DNA of 64,000 bases from assembly GCF_003018255.1 (NCBI RefSeq), contig NZ_CP027440.1. One strand, 5' to 3'. The translations under genes were made by a program, and so were the position numbers. Source of the DNA: Escherichia coli (lineage in GTDB: Bacteria > Pseudomonadota > Gammaproteobacteria > Enterobacterales > Enterobacteriaceae). The notes under the pieces are model-generated. The model was given only the letters and a program-made list of their open reading frames with translations, did no database searches and was not told the origin of the DNA. This document shows, one piece after another, positions 33,381-42,618 of the stretch (positions are counted from its first letter, which is position 1; each line of letters begins with the position of its first letter).

Positions 33381-34652
33381 ATGGAAGACGACTGCGACAT
33401 TATTATTATTGGTGCCGGTATTGCAGGCACCGCTTGCGCGTTACGCTGCGCGCGAGCGGGTTTATCCGTTTTGTTACTGGAACGCGCTGAAATCCCCGGC
33501 AGCAAAAATCTTTCCGGCGGGCGGTTATATACCCATGCACTCGCGGAACTCCTCCCTCAGTTTCACCTGACCGCGCCTCTTGAACGACGCATCACTCACG
33601 AAAGCCTTTCCCTGTTAACGCCGGATGGCGCAACGACGTTTTCCAGCTTACAGCCCGGCGGTGAATCCTGGAGTGTATTACGTGCACGGTTCGATCCGTG
33701 GCTGGTTGCCGAAGCCGAAAAAGAAGGTGTCGAATGCATCCCCGGTGCGACGGTGGATGCGCTGTATGAAGAAAACGGCAGGGTGTGTGGTGTCATTTGT
33801 GGTGACGATATTCTCCGCGCCCGTTATGTGGTGCTGGCAGAAGGTGCCAACAGCGTCCTGGCTGAACGTCACGGGTTAGTGACTCGTCCTGCTGGCGAAG
33901 CGATGGCGTTGGGGATCAAAGAAGTGCTGTCGCTGGAAACATCCGCTATTGAAGAACGTTTTCATCTGGAGAATAACGAAGGCGCAGCGTTGCTGTTCAG
34001 CGGCGGGATCTGTGATGACTTACCCGGCGGCGCATTTCTTTATACTAATCAACAAACGCTCTCGTTAGGGATTGTTTGCCCGCTCTCTTCCCTTACGCAA
34101 AGTCGTGTTCCGGCAAGCGAGCTGCTGGCTCGCTTTAAAACGCATCCGGCAGTGCGCCCGCTTATCAAAAACACGGAATCACTGGAGTATGGTGCGCATC
34201 TGGTGCCAGAAGGTGGCTTGCACAGTATGCCGGTGCAATACGCCGGTAACGGCTGGCTGCTGCTGGGCGATGCGTTGCGCAGTTGCGTCAATACCGGAAT
34301 TTCCGTGCGCGGCATGGATATGGCGCTGACTGGCACGCAGGCGGCGGCACAAACGCTGATAAGCGCCTGCCAGCACCGCGAGCCGCAAAATCTGTTTGCG
34401 CTTTATCATCACAACGTAGAGCGCAGCCTGCTATGGGATGTTCTACAACGTTATCAGCATGTTCCGGCGCTTTTGCAACGCCCTGGATGGTACCGTGCGT
34501 GGCCTGCGTTAATGCAGGATATTTCCCGCGATTTATGGGATCAGGGTGATAAACCTGTTCCACCGCTGCGCCAGTTATTCTGGCGTCATTTACGTCGTCA
34601 CGGCCTGTGGCATCTGGCGGGCGATGTTATCAGGAGTCTGCGATGTCTGTAA
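33381..34652 (+). CDS. ygcN: FixC-like FAD-dependent oxidoreductase (electron-transfer-flavoprotein:quinone oxidoreductase family)
   Basis: Start at MEDDCDIIIIGAGIAGTA (FAD-binding GxGxxG), giving 423 aa. Confidence 0.85.
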   Translation: MEDDCDIIIIGAGIAGTACALRCARAGLSVLLLERAEIPGSKNLSGGRLYTHALAELLPQFHLTAPLERRITHESLSLLTPDGATTFSSLQPGGESWSVLRARFDPWLVAEAEKEGVECIPGATVDALYEENGRVCGVICGDDILRARYVVLAEGANSVLAERHGLVTRPAGEAMALGIKEVLSLETSAIEERFHLENNEGAALLFSGGICDDLPGGAFLYTNQQTLSLGIVCPLSSLTQSRVPASELLARFKTHPAVRPLIKNTESLEYGAHLVPEGGLHSMPVQYAGNGWLLLGDALRSCVNTGISVRGMDMALTGTQAAAQTLISACQHREPQNLFALYHHNVERSLLWDVLQRYQHVPALLQRPGWYRAWPALMQDISRDLWDQGDKPVPPLRQLFWRHLRRHGLWHLAGDVIRSLRCL

Positions 34653-34903
34653 CCCGTAATCTCTGGCGCGTTGCCGATGCGCCGCACATTGTACCGGCTG
34701 ACTCCGTTGAGCGTCAGACGGTACAACGGTTGATTAACGCTTGTCCGGCTGGTCTTTTTTCGCTCACACCGGAAGGTGACTTACGCGTTGATTATCGCGG
34801 CTGCCTGGAGTGTGGCACCTGCCGTTTGCTGTGCGATGAAAAAACACTACAACAGTGGCGCTATCCGCCTTCCGGATTCGGCATCACCTACCGTTTTGGA
34901 TAA
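34643..34903 (+). CDS. ygcO: FixX-like ferredoxin
   Basis: Start at MSVTRNLWRV, giving 86 aa; Cys cluster CLECGTCRLLC; overlaps the ygcN 3' end. Confidence 0.8.
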   Translation: MSVTRNLWRVADAPHIVPADSVERQTVQRLINACPAGLFSLTPEGDLRVDYRGCLECGTCRLLCDEKTLQQWRYPPSGFGITYRFG

Positions 34904-34919
34904 ATAATAAGGATAATTT

Positions 34920-35495
34920 ATGCCCCTCTTACACCTGCTCCGCCAGAATCCGGTGATTGCTGCCGTTAAAGATAATGCCAGCCTGCAACTGGCAATCGAC
35001 TCTGAATGCCAGTTTATTTCCGTGTTGTACGGCAATATCTGCACCATTAGTCAAATCGTTAAAAAGATTAAAAATGCCGGAAAATATGCTTTTATTCATG
35101 TTGATTTGCTGGAAGGCGCGTCAAATAAAGAAGTGGTGATTCAGTTTTTGAAACTGGTGACTGAGGCGGACGGCATTATCAGTACCAAAGCCTCAATGTT
35201 GAAAGCGGCAAGAGCGGAAGGTTTTTTCTGTATTCATCGCCTGTTTATTGTTGATTCGATTTCGTTTCACAACATTGATAAGCAAGTTGCGCAATCGAAT
35301 CCGGATTGTATTGAGATCCTGCCAGGCTGTATGCCTAAAGTGCTGGGCTGGGTGACGGAGAAAATCCGCCAACCGCTGATTGCCGGCGGGCTGGTGTGCG
35401 ATGAAGAAGATGCGCGTAATGCGATTAACGCGGGTGTTGTGGCGCTTTCCACCACGAATACCGGGGTCTGGACGTTAGCGAAAAAATTGCTTTGA
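34920..35495 (+). CDS. ygcP: GlpP-like glycerol-3-phosphate-responsive antiterminator family protein
   Basis: 191-aa ORF following ygcO with a short spacer. Confidence 0.8.
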   Translation: MPLLHLLRQNPVIAAVKDNASLQLAIDSECQFISVLYGNICTISQIVKKIKNAGKYAFIHVDLLEGASNKEVVIQFLKLVTEADGIISTKASMLKAARAEGFFCIHRLFIVDSISFHNIDKQVAQSNPDCIEILPGCMPKVLGWVTEKIRQPLIAGGLVCDEEDARNAINAGVVALSTTNTGVWTLAKKLL

Positions 35496-35519
35496 CGGGA
35501 TACTCGTAACGAGTTGAAT

Positions 35520-35640
35520 TTGTGTGATTTGTAGGCTGCACGCCACATCCGACATTCAGCGCCTGATACGACGCTTGACGCGTCTTATCAGGCTTACAAG
35601 TCCCCAGCCCAGAACCGTAGGCAGGATCATCCGGCAGCAC
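35520..35640. repeat. cluster of REP-type palindromic units (BIME-like)
   Basis: Contains CGCCTGATACGACGCTTGACGCGTCTTATCAGGCTTAC plus flanking imperfect REP-like palindromes between convergent ygcP and ygcQ. Confidence 0.7.
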
Positions 35641-35641
35641 G

Positions 35642-36502
35642 TTATTGGCAATCTGCGTGAATGGTTGTCACCAGTGCCTCCAGCACCGCTTTCCAGTCAT
35701 CAACCACGCCAACATCTGCCTGTGAAAATACCGCCGCGCTGGCGTCATGATTAATCGCCACCACAAACTTGCTATTGCGTACGCCCGCCATTAACGCTGC
35801 TGCGCCGGAAGCGCCAACAACAATGCACACCTCAGGCGCCAGCAGATGTCCGGAAATACCAATCACTTTTTCAGCATCAACGCCACCGTTCATCACTCGC
35901 GCCCGACTGTAGCCCACTTCGGCTCCCAGCTTTTCTACCAGCATAGCGATTTCCTGGTTATCTGCCTCTCCGCCCTGCCCCACCACCAGCACCCGTCTGG
36001 CTTCAGCTAATGGATCGCGGGTAACATTTTTCAGGTTTTCTATGCTAATCAGCCAGTCGGGAAGCGCACCGGGGACAATGTTCAGTTGCAGCATACCAGA
36101 GGGCAACATGGTGTTTATCTCTGCTCCCGCCTGACGCGCCAGGGAAAGACATAGCGGGCGTTTTTCTGTTTGCAGCGTCGCCGTTAGCGCATTTCCCCAG
36201 TGGGATTTGCGCACGCTTACGGTTGGAATATCTAACGAAGTCACCTGGCAGATGCTTGCACCATGTAAACGCCAGGCCAGCCGGATCGACAGTTCATCGC
36301 CAAACGCGCCCGGAGGAAAAAGGACAACCTCCGCAGGCGTTCGTTGCCACTGTTCCACCAGCGCATCCAGCACCTGTTCCGCAACCATCGGCTGTGGTTC
36401 TATTTGCCAATGCGTTAGTGTGCTGCCGCTGAAATCCTGCGCCGCCAGCCAGCCCGCCATTGCGGCATGTTCCTGATTTATTGTCACAATTGCGATATTC
36501 AT
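35642..36502 (-). CDS. ygcQ: electron transfer flavoprotein alpha-subunit homolog (FixB-like)
   Basis: Start at MNIAIVTINQEH, giving 286 aa; overlaps the ygcR 3' end. Confidence 0.85.
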   Translation of the reverse strand: MNIAIVTINQEHAAMAGWLAAQDFSGSTLTHWQIEPQPMVAEQVLDALVEQWQRTPAEVVLFPPGAFGDELSIRLAWRLHGASICQVTSLDIPTVSVRKSHWGNALTATLQTEKRPLCLSLARQAGAEINTMLPSGMLQLNIVPGALPDWLISIENLKNVTRDPLAEARRVLVVGQGGEADNQEIAMLVEKLGAEVGYSRARVMNGGVDAEKVIGISGHLLAPEVCIVVGASGAAALMAGVRNSKFVVAINHDASAAVFSQADVGVVDDWKAVLEALVTTIHADCQ

Positions 36503-37278
36503 GGCTGCATCCTTTGGCGTAAATAGTCCTGCCATAGCTTTTGCGCTTTTTCTGCTACCGTTTGCCCATCAATCAGCGCCGCTCTGCGTCGTTGCTCTGG
36601 CCTTGCCAGTTGCAGGCACTGTATCGCTGGCGCTTCCGCGGCAACAGTTTCGCGGGTAATCTCCGCTTTCCCCGCTGCCATTCGCTGGCGCATTCCCGGT
36701 ACTGGCAAGGCCACTTCACCACACTGACGCACGGCAATCACCGCAGGCAAGCGAACCCGGCAACAGCGCAACCCATGTTCAGTACGCTGTTCGAGGGTGA
36801 TAAACGGCGCGTCGAGAGTAAAACGCTCCACCTGGGTGAAACAGGGCCAGCCCAGCATTTCCGCCAGCAAAAATGGCGTTTGTCCATTCTGCCCTTCGCT
36901 GCTTTGGCAGCCGGTAATGATCAGATCCAGCGGATTCTGACGCTGCCATTCGGCAATATGGCGAGCGACAAATTCCGGCGCAAAGCGCAGATCTGCCGCC
37001 GTCTCCAGCAATACAGCGTCCTCAAACCCAAGAGCCATGAGATAGCGCAGCCAGTGCAACGCCCGTTCATCCCCCATGCTCAACGCGGTTAAAGACATCG
37101 GCGTACCGTTTTTTCTCTGCGCCAACAGCAGCGCGGCGGCAGCCTGTTCATCGGCACCGAGTAAACTTCGCAGAAGCGAAACATCCGGTCCGATATTACC
37201 CTGAGCCGCCGCCTGCCACTCTTTTTCCGCCAGCATTCCGGCATCCGGTTCGGCTTTAAACGCTAACAGAATGTTCAT
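36499..37278 (-). CDS. ygcR: electron transfer flavoprotein beta-subunit homolog (FixA-like)
   Basis: Start at MNILLAFKAEPDAG, giving 259 aa. Confidence 0.85.
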   Translation of the reverse strand: MNILLAFKAEPDAGMLAEKEWQAAAQGNIGPDVSLLRSLLGADEQAAAALLLAQRKNGTPMSLTALSMGDERALHWLRYLMALGFEDAVLLETAADLRFAPEFVARHIAEWQRQNPLDLIITGCQSSEGQNGQTPFLLAEMLGWPCFTQVERFTLDAPFITLEQRTEHGLRCCRVRLPAVIAVRQCGEVALPVPGMRQRMAAGKAEITRETVAAEAPAIQCLQLARPEQRRRAALIDGQTVAEKAQKLWQDYLRQRMQP

Positions 37279-38593
37279 TCGCACCTCCTACATTTCCCGC
37301 CGCCACCAGCGGGAGTGCTTTGGTTTCTGGTGCCCATAGCCAGGTCACAACAAAACCAACCAACAACACTACCGCCAGGAGCAATAAGGTGGCTTGCATT
37401 CCCCACTGCGCCAGCACCCACGGCAGCAGGCCAGTACTTACCGCCGCCCCCAACCGACTCATGGCGGTGGCAAAACCGACGCCCAGCGAGCGAATGTCAG
37501 TAGGAAAACTTTCCGCAGGCAAAATGCCCACCAGATTACTGACTGCCGAAATGGTGGTGCTGAAGAGAACAAAAAGCAGCAGCGTTAATGAACTGCCGGA
37601 AGGCAAACAGGCCATCACGACCAGCGTTGCCGCCAGCAGCAAAAAACTTCCCAGTAAAAATCTGCGATGCGCTAACAAGTGGGTCAACACTAACCCTAAT
37701 AACGCGCCAACAATTAACAACGCATTAAGCATCAGGCTGGCAGTCAGCGCATCTTCCAGACCAATAGTTTGGGCGATGGTCGGCAGCCAGGTATAAATCA
37801 CAAACCATGGGATTACGAGGCAGACAAAGAAGACGCTGTTAAACGCTGTGCGCCGCCAGTAGCGCGAAGAGAACAAGGTTTTGATGTGTTTATGGGTCGC
37901 CGTTGCCACTTCATCGCCCAGTAAAACATGGGGACCAAAATAGCGATGCACGATAGCGTGAGCTTCTGCAAAACGCCCCTGGCGCAGTAGCCAGCGTGGC
38001 GATTCTGGCGTTCCCCAGCGTAATAACGTAATCAACAATGCGGGCAGAGCTGCCGATGCCAGTAGCCAGCGCCAGGCCTCCGGGCTTTCGCTAATAAAGT
38101 GATGTCCGGCAATACTTGCCAGCACATAGCCTACGGTCCACACCACGCTGAATGCGCCCAGCAAAACACCGCGATGGCGGCGCGGAGAAAATTCAGCCAG
38201 CAAAGTGTGACCGACTGAGTAATCGCCTCCCAGACCAATGCCGATCAAAATGCGCAGTCCAATAAGATGCTCTGGCGTGGTGGCAAAAAATTGTAAGAAC
38301 GAAGCGAGCGTAATCAGCAAAAAGCTGAAGGTGAAGATTTTTTGCCGACCAATATGGTCGGAGATCCACCCCAAAACCAGGCTACCGATAAACAGGCCAA
38401 GTAGCGCCGAGCCGCCGATCATTCCCGCCATAAACGGCGTCAGTTGCATGGCGGGTGTAAGCTGAATAATGGCGTAACCAATGACGCCGAGGACATAACC
38501 GTCGGTCAGGTGTGCGCCGAAAGTGAGCGCAGCAATGCGGCAGTGAAAACGGTTAAGTGGTAAATCATCCATTCGCACCGGTGAAGTGTTCAT
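37256..38593 (-). CDS. ygcS: MFS transporter (sugar/metabolite:H+ symporter family)
   Basis: Start at MNTSPVRMDDLPLNRFHCRIAAL, giving 445 aa; 12-TM hydrophobic pattern. Confidence 0.85.
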   Translation of the reverse strand: MNTSPVRMDDLPLNRFHCRIAALTFGAHLTDGYVLGVIGYAIIQLTPAMQLTPFMAGMIGGSALLGLFIGSLVLGWISDHIGRQKIFTFSFLLITLASFLQFFATTPEHLIGLRILIGIGLGGDYSVGHTLLAEFSPRRHRGVLLGAFSVVWTVGYVLASIAGHHFISESPEAWRWLLASAALPALLITLLRWGTPESPRWLLRQGRFAEAHAIVHRYFGPHVLLGDEVATATHKHIKTLFSSRYWRRTAFNSVFFVCLVIPWFVIYTWLPTIAQTIGLEDALTASLMLNALLIVGALLGLVLTHLLAHRRFLLGSFLLLAATLVVMACLPSGSSLTLLLFVLFSTTISAVSNLVGILPAESFPTDIRSLGVGFATAMSRLGAAVSTGLLPWVLAQWGMQATLLLLAVVLLVGFVVTWLWAPETKALPLVAAGNVGGANEHSVSV

Positions 38594-38686
38594 CTTTACC
38601 CCTTCATTGTCCGGTAATAAGAACGGCTTCTCGCCTGAGAAGCCGAAAAGGCAACGCCCCGTCATCGCGGAACGCTGCCTGACACA

Positions 38687-40141
38687 TTATTTTTCAATCG
38701 GATAGATAGTACCCGTATTCATAATGCCGTTAGGATCGAACTGCTTTTTCAGCCCTTCCAGCAACGCCCACGCGCTGCCGTGTTCCAGTTTGCTCCAGTG
38801 AACGCGATGTTTACCGATACCGTGGTGGTGCACCATCGAACCACCGAGGCGAATGGTTTCTTCGCAGATGATTTTGTTGAGCGGATTGTGGTACTTGTCG
38901 ATTTCCTCTTCCGGCTTACAGTCAACGACGTTGTAGTCGTAGACGAAGTACATGTTGGTGCCGTTCTGATAGCTATGAGAGGAGTGACCGCCCAGCATGG
39001 TGATGTCGTCGGCATGCGGGAACTCGGTACGAATACGGTTAATAACGCTTTCGTAGATTTCGTGGATGCAGCTCCAGCAGCCGGACACTTCGGTGGTAAA
39101 GCCCATGTTGCCGGTTTTGAGGATCTGCACACGTTCAGCGGCCACTTTATCCGGCCCCCAGTTCAGGTGATTAAACCAGGTTTCGATCAGCTTGCTGTCC
39201 ACTCGCTGGCATTGCGGGTAACGTGCCACGATTTCAGCAATCCCTTCGCCTGTCGCCTTCGCAATGCGAGGGTTACCTTCAGCCATAAAGATCAGCACAC
39301 ATTTACCATCGGCAAAATGGGTGAAGTGTTGGGTGCCATCTTCAGCGTCATACAAACGAGCGATCGACGGACGATACCCTTCCACCATGATTTCACGCAG
39401 GATGTTGAAGCCGGTTTTCATGTCTTCCAGCACATAGCCATAGAAGAGATTGTTTTCCGGCGTAAATTTGAAGATTTTCACTGTGACTTCAGTGATATAG
39501 CACAATGCACCTTCGTTGCCGATGATAATGTGACGAATGTCCGGGCCTGCCGCGCGGCGTGGTACGTTTTTAATACGTGTGACGGTGCCATCAGCCAATA
39601 CTGCTTCCAGACCAACGACCATATCTTCGATTGCGCCGTAGAGTGTGGAGAACTGCCCGATACTGCGGGTTGCTACCAGGCCGCCCATCTGCGCCAGCGG
39701 TTTTGATTGCGGTGAATGCCCCGTGGTGTAACCTTTTTCACGCAACGTGTTTTCCAGCACCTCCAGCGGAACACCACATTGCGCCGTGACCTGCATATTC
39801 TCAATATCAATATTAATGATTTGATTCATGGCAGAGCCGTCGAGCACCACCGAGTTTTCCACAACGGTTTCCAGTCCACCCTCGGTAGCGGAAGCACCGG
39901 TACGCGGCACACCGTTAATTTTGTGTGCATTCATAAAATTCAGTACACGAGAGACTTGTTCTGTGGAACCGAGTTTTACGACCGCTGCCGGAATCGGCAA
40001 AGTATAAATGCCATGAATATCCGGAAATTTGCGAAAACGGTCAATACTGTTTTTCTTTAATACTGTTTCATCGGTAATTACGCGATCTGCACCAACAATT
40101 TCCTTTAGCTGGTCGACAATCGCTGCGCGAGATAAAGACAT
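38687..40141 (-). CDS. ygcU: FAD-linked oxidase (alkyl-DHAP-synthase/glycolate-oxidase-like)
   Basis: 484-aa ORF with N-terminus MSLSRAAIVDQLKEIVGADRVITDE (FAD-binding PCMH type). Confidence 0.85.
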   Translation of the reverse strand: MSLSRAAIVDQLKEIVGADRVITDETVLKKNSIDRFRKFPDIHGIYTLPIPAAVVKLGSTEQVSRVLNFMNAHKINGVPRTGASATEGGLETVVENSVVLDGSAMNQIINIDIENMQVTAQCGVPLEVLENTLREKGYTTGHSPQSKPLAQMGGLVATRSIGQFSTLYGAIEDMVVGLEAVLADGTVTRIKNVPRRAAGPDIRHIIIGNEGALCYITEVTVKIFKFTPENNLFYGYVLEDMKTGFNILREIMVEGYRPSIARLYDAEDGTQHFTHFADGKCVLIFMAEGNPRIAKATGEGIAEIVARYPQCQRVDSKLIETWFNHLNWGPDKVAAERVQILKTGNMGFTTEVSGCWSCIHEIYESVINRIRTEFPHADDITMLGGHSSHSYQNGTNMYFVYDYNVVDCKPEEEIDKYHNPLNKIICEETIRLGGSMVHHHGIGKHRVHWSKLEHGSAWALLEGLKKQFDPNGIMNTGTIYPIEK

Positions 40142-40210
40142 AGTAATTCCTTCCTGATAATAAAAATGGAATAATCATTAATAAGAGAAAACAGAAACCA
40201 CCGTTATGGA

Positions 40211-40996
40211 TTAGCGCACTAAATAACCGCCATCGACCACTAATAAATGCCCGTTGACATAATTCGATGCCTGACTTGCGAGAAACACGGCTGCGCCCAT
40301 TAAATCCTGAGTATCGCCCCAACGGTTTGCCGGAATATGATCAAGAACGCGCTGATTGGTTTCTGGATTACTGCGTGTCGCCAGCGTAATATCTGTTGCA
40401 TAATAGCCAGGGGCAATACCATTTACCTGAATATTATATTGACCTAGTTCATCACAATAAGCTTTGGTGAACCCGGCAAGAGCATGTTTAGTGGCAGAAT
40501 ATGCAGGTGACCATTGTCCACCTAAGTAAGAGAACAATGAACAGATATTAATAATTTTACCGCTTTTCTGCGGGATCATAATTTTTGCCGCTTCATAGCT
40601 TAACTCGAATGCGGCGGTCAGGTTCACATCAATCATCGGGTCCCAGTCGGCACGACCGAAATCCAGCACCTTATTCAGCTTACAAATACCGGCATTGTTA
40701 ACCAGAATATCAACTGTTCCGAAACGCTCACAGCAAGCAGCGATAATCTTCTGCGGCGCGCCTTCTGCGGTGATATCCACCTGCATGAAGTCCATCTCAA
40801 CACCCTGTTTTTCAATCATTTCCTTTGTTTTGCCGTTATCTTTAACGAAGCTTGGAATAAAGATATTTGCACCAGCTTTGGCCAGCGCCATGGCAAATGC
40901 CTGGCCTAAACCGCTATTCCCGCCGGTAACAATTGCGGTTTTACCTTTCAGGGAGAAAAAATCCATTGAGAACGCATTGAGAGATTCGATTGACAT
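40211..40996 (-). CDS. ygcW: short-chain dehydrogenase/reductase (SDR)
   Basis: Start at MSIESLNAF with GGAG ribosome-binding site, giving 261 aa; TGxxxGxG motif (IVTGGNSGLG). The longer ORF to 41071 is just the translated terminator hairpin. Confidence 0.9.
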   Translation of the reverse strand: MSIESLNAFSMDFFSLKGKTAIVTGGNSGLGQAFAMALAKAGANIFIPSFVKDNGKTKEMIEKQGVEMDFMQVDITAEGAPQKIIAACCERFGTVDILVNNAGICKLNKVLDFGRADWDPMIDVNLTAAFELSYEAAKIMIPQKSGKIINICSLFSYLGGQWSPAYSATKHALAGFTKAYCDELGQYNIQVNGIAPGYYATDITLATRSNPETNQRVLDHIPANRWGDTQDLMGAAVFLASQASNYVNGHLLVVDGGYLVR

Positions 40997-41020
40997 AGTT
41001 AGCTCCAATTTCCGTAAGGC

Positions 41021-41067
41021 AAAAAAAAAGAAAGGTAACTTCCCCCGCGAGAGGGAAGTTACCTTTC
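41021..41067 (-). terminator. strong intrinsic terminator-like hairpin about 30 nt upstream of the ygcW start codon
   Basis: Perfect 15-bp stem GAAAGGTAACTTCCC/GGGAAGTTACCTTTC with an 8-nt loop, followed on the minus strand by T9. Confidence 0.6.
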
Positions 41068-41314
41068 TCATTATCTCTGGTAACTGGAGATAATTTTTAT
41101 CATAAGGGCATAATCGCTAATGTGATCGTAATCACAGTGTTATATTCGAATTGTCAAATAATTTTAAAAAGCAGAAGCGTGATTACTCTCACACAACACC
41201 ACTGCTTTCCATGTTATTTCTTATTGCAATTACTAGAGACCTGAGAAAAGTAATCCACCTGAAAGGGCGGCTTACTTTTCTCTTTTTTTTGTCTATTACA
41301 AATGGGAATACGAT

Positions 41315-42592
41315 ATGCAACACAACTCATATCGCCGTTGGATAACCCTCGCGATAATTAGTTTTAGCGGCGGCGTTAGTTTCGATCTGGCTTATTTACG
41401 TTATATTTATCAAATTCCCATGGCGAAATTTATGGGATTCAGCAATACCGAGATAGGTTTAATAATGAGTACCTTTGGTATTGCGGCTATTATTCTTTAT
41501 GCCCCCAGCGGCGTTATTGCCGATAAATTTTCACACCGCAAAATGATTACTTCCGCGATGATCATTACCGGATTACTGGGTCTGTTAATGGCAACATATC
41601 CACCGCTGTGGGTAATGCTCTGTATTCAGGTCGCCTTTGCGATAACGACGATTTTAATGCTGTGGTCGGTGTCGATTAAAGCCGCCTCATTGCTGGGCGA
41701 TCATAGTGAGCAAGGGAAAATTATGGGCTGGATGGAAGGGCTGCGCGGCGTCGGTGTAATGTCGCTGGCGGTGTTTACCATGTGGGTCTTTTCTCGCTTT
41801 GCGCCGGATGACAGCGCCAGCCTGAAAACAGTCATTATTATCTACAGTGTGGTTTACATCTTGTTGGGGATTCTGTGCTGGTTTTTTGTTAGCGATAACA
41901 ACAACCTGCGCAGTACCAATAACGAAGAAAAACAGTCATTCCAGCTTAGCGATATCCTGGCCGTTTTGCGTATCAGTACCACCTGGTATTGCAGCATGGT
42001 GATTTTTGGTGTCTTCACCATCTACGCCATTCTGAGTTACTCCACCAACTATCTGACCGAAATGTACGGCATGTCGCTGGTGGCGGCGAGCTACATGGGG
42101 ATTGTGATCAACAAAATCTTCCGCGCGCTGTGCGGCCCACTTGGCGGCATTATCACCACCTACAGTAAAGTGAAATCCCCTACCCGCGTGATCCAAATCC
42201 TTTCCGTACTCGGCCTGCTGGCGTTAACTGCCCTGCTCGTCACGAACTCTAACCCGCAATCGGTCGCGATGGGGATTGGCCTGATTTTACTGCTGGGATT
42301 CACCTGTTACGCCTCACGCGGGCTGTACTGGGCCTGCCCAGGCGAAGCGAGAACACCGTCTTACATTATGGGCACCACGGTAGGTATTTGTTCGGTGATT
42401 GGATTCCTGCCGGATGTCTTCGTTTACCCAATTATCGGCCACTGGCAAGACACCCTGCCCGCAGCAGAAGCCTACCGCAATATGTGGCTGATGGGCATGG
42501 CGGCGCTTGGCATGGTGATTGTCTTTACCTTTTTGCTGTTCCAAAAAATTCGTACTGCTGATAGCGCCCCCGCAATGGCTAGCAGCAAGTAA
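41315..42592 (+). CDS. yqcE: MFS transporter
   Basis: 425-aa hydrophobic ORF divergent from ygcW. Confidence 0.85.
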   Translation: MQHNSYRRWITLAIISFSGGVSFDLAYLRYIYQIPMAKFMGFSNTEIGLIMSTFGIAAIILYAPSGVIADKFSHRKMITSAMIITGLLGLLMATYPPLWVMLCIQVAFAITTILMLWSVSIKAASLLGDHSEQGKIMGWMEGLRGVGVMSLAVFTMWVFSRFAPDDSASLKTVIIIYSVVYILLGILCWFFVSDNNNLRSTNNEEKQSFQLSDILAVLRISTTWYCSMVIFGVFTIYAILSYSTNYLTEMYGMSLVAASYMGIVINKIFRALCGPLGGIITTYSKVKSPTRVIQILSVLGLLALTALLVTNSNPQSVAMGIGLILLLGFTCYASRGLYWACPGEARTPSYIMGTTVGICSVIGFLPDVFVYPIIGHWQDTLPAAEAYRNMWLMGMAALGMVIVFTFLLFQKIRTADSAPAMASSK

Positions 42593-42618
42593 GCCAGGAA
42601 AATTACAGGAGAAAAATC

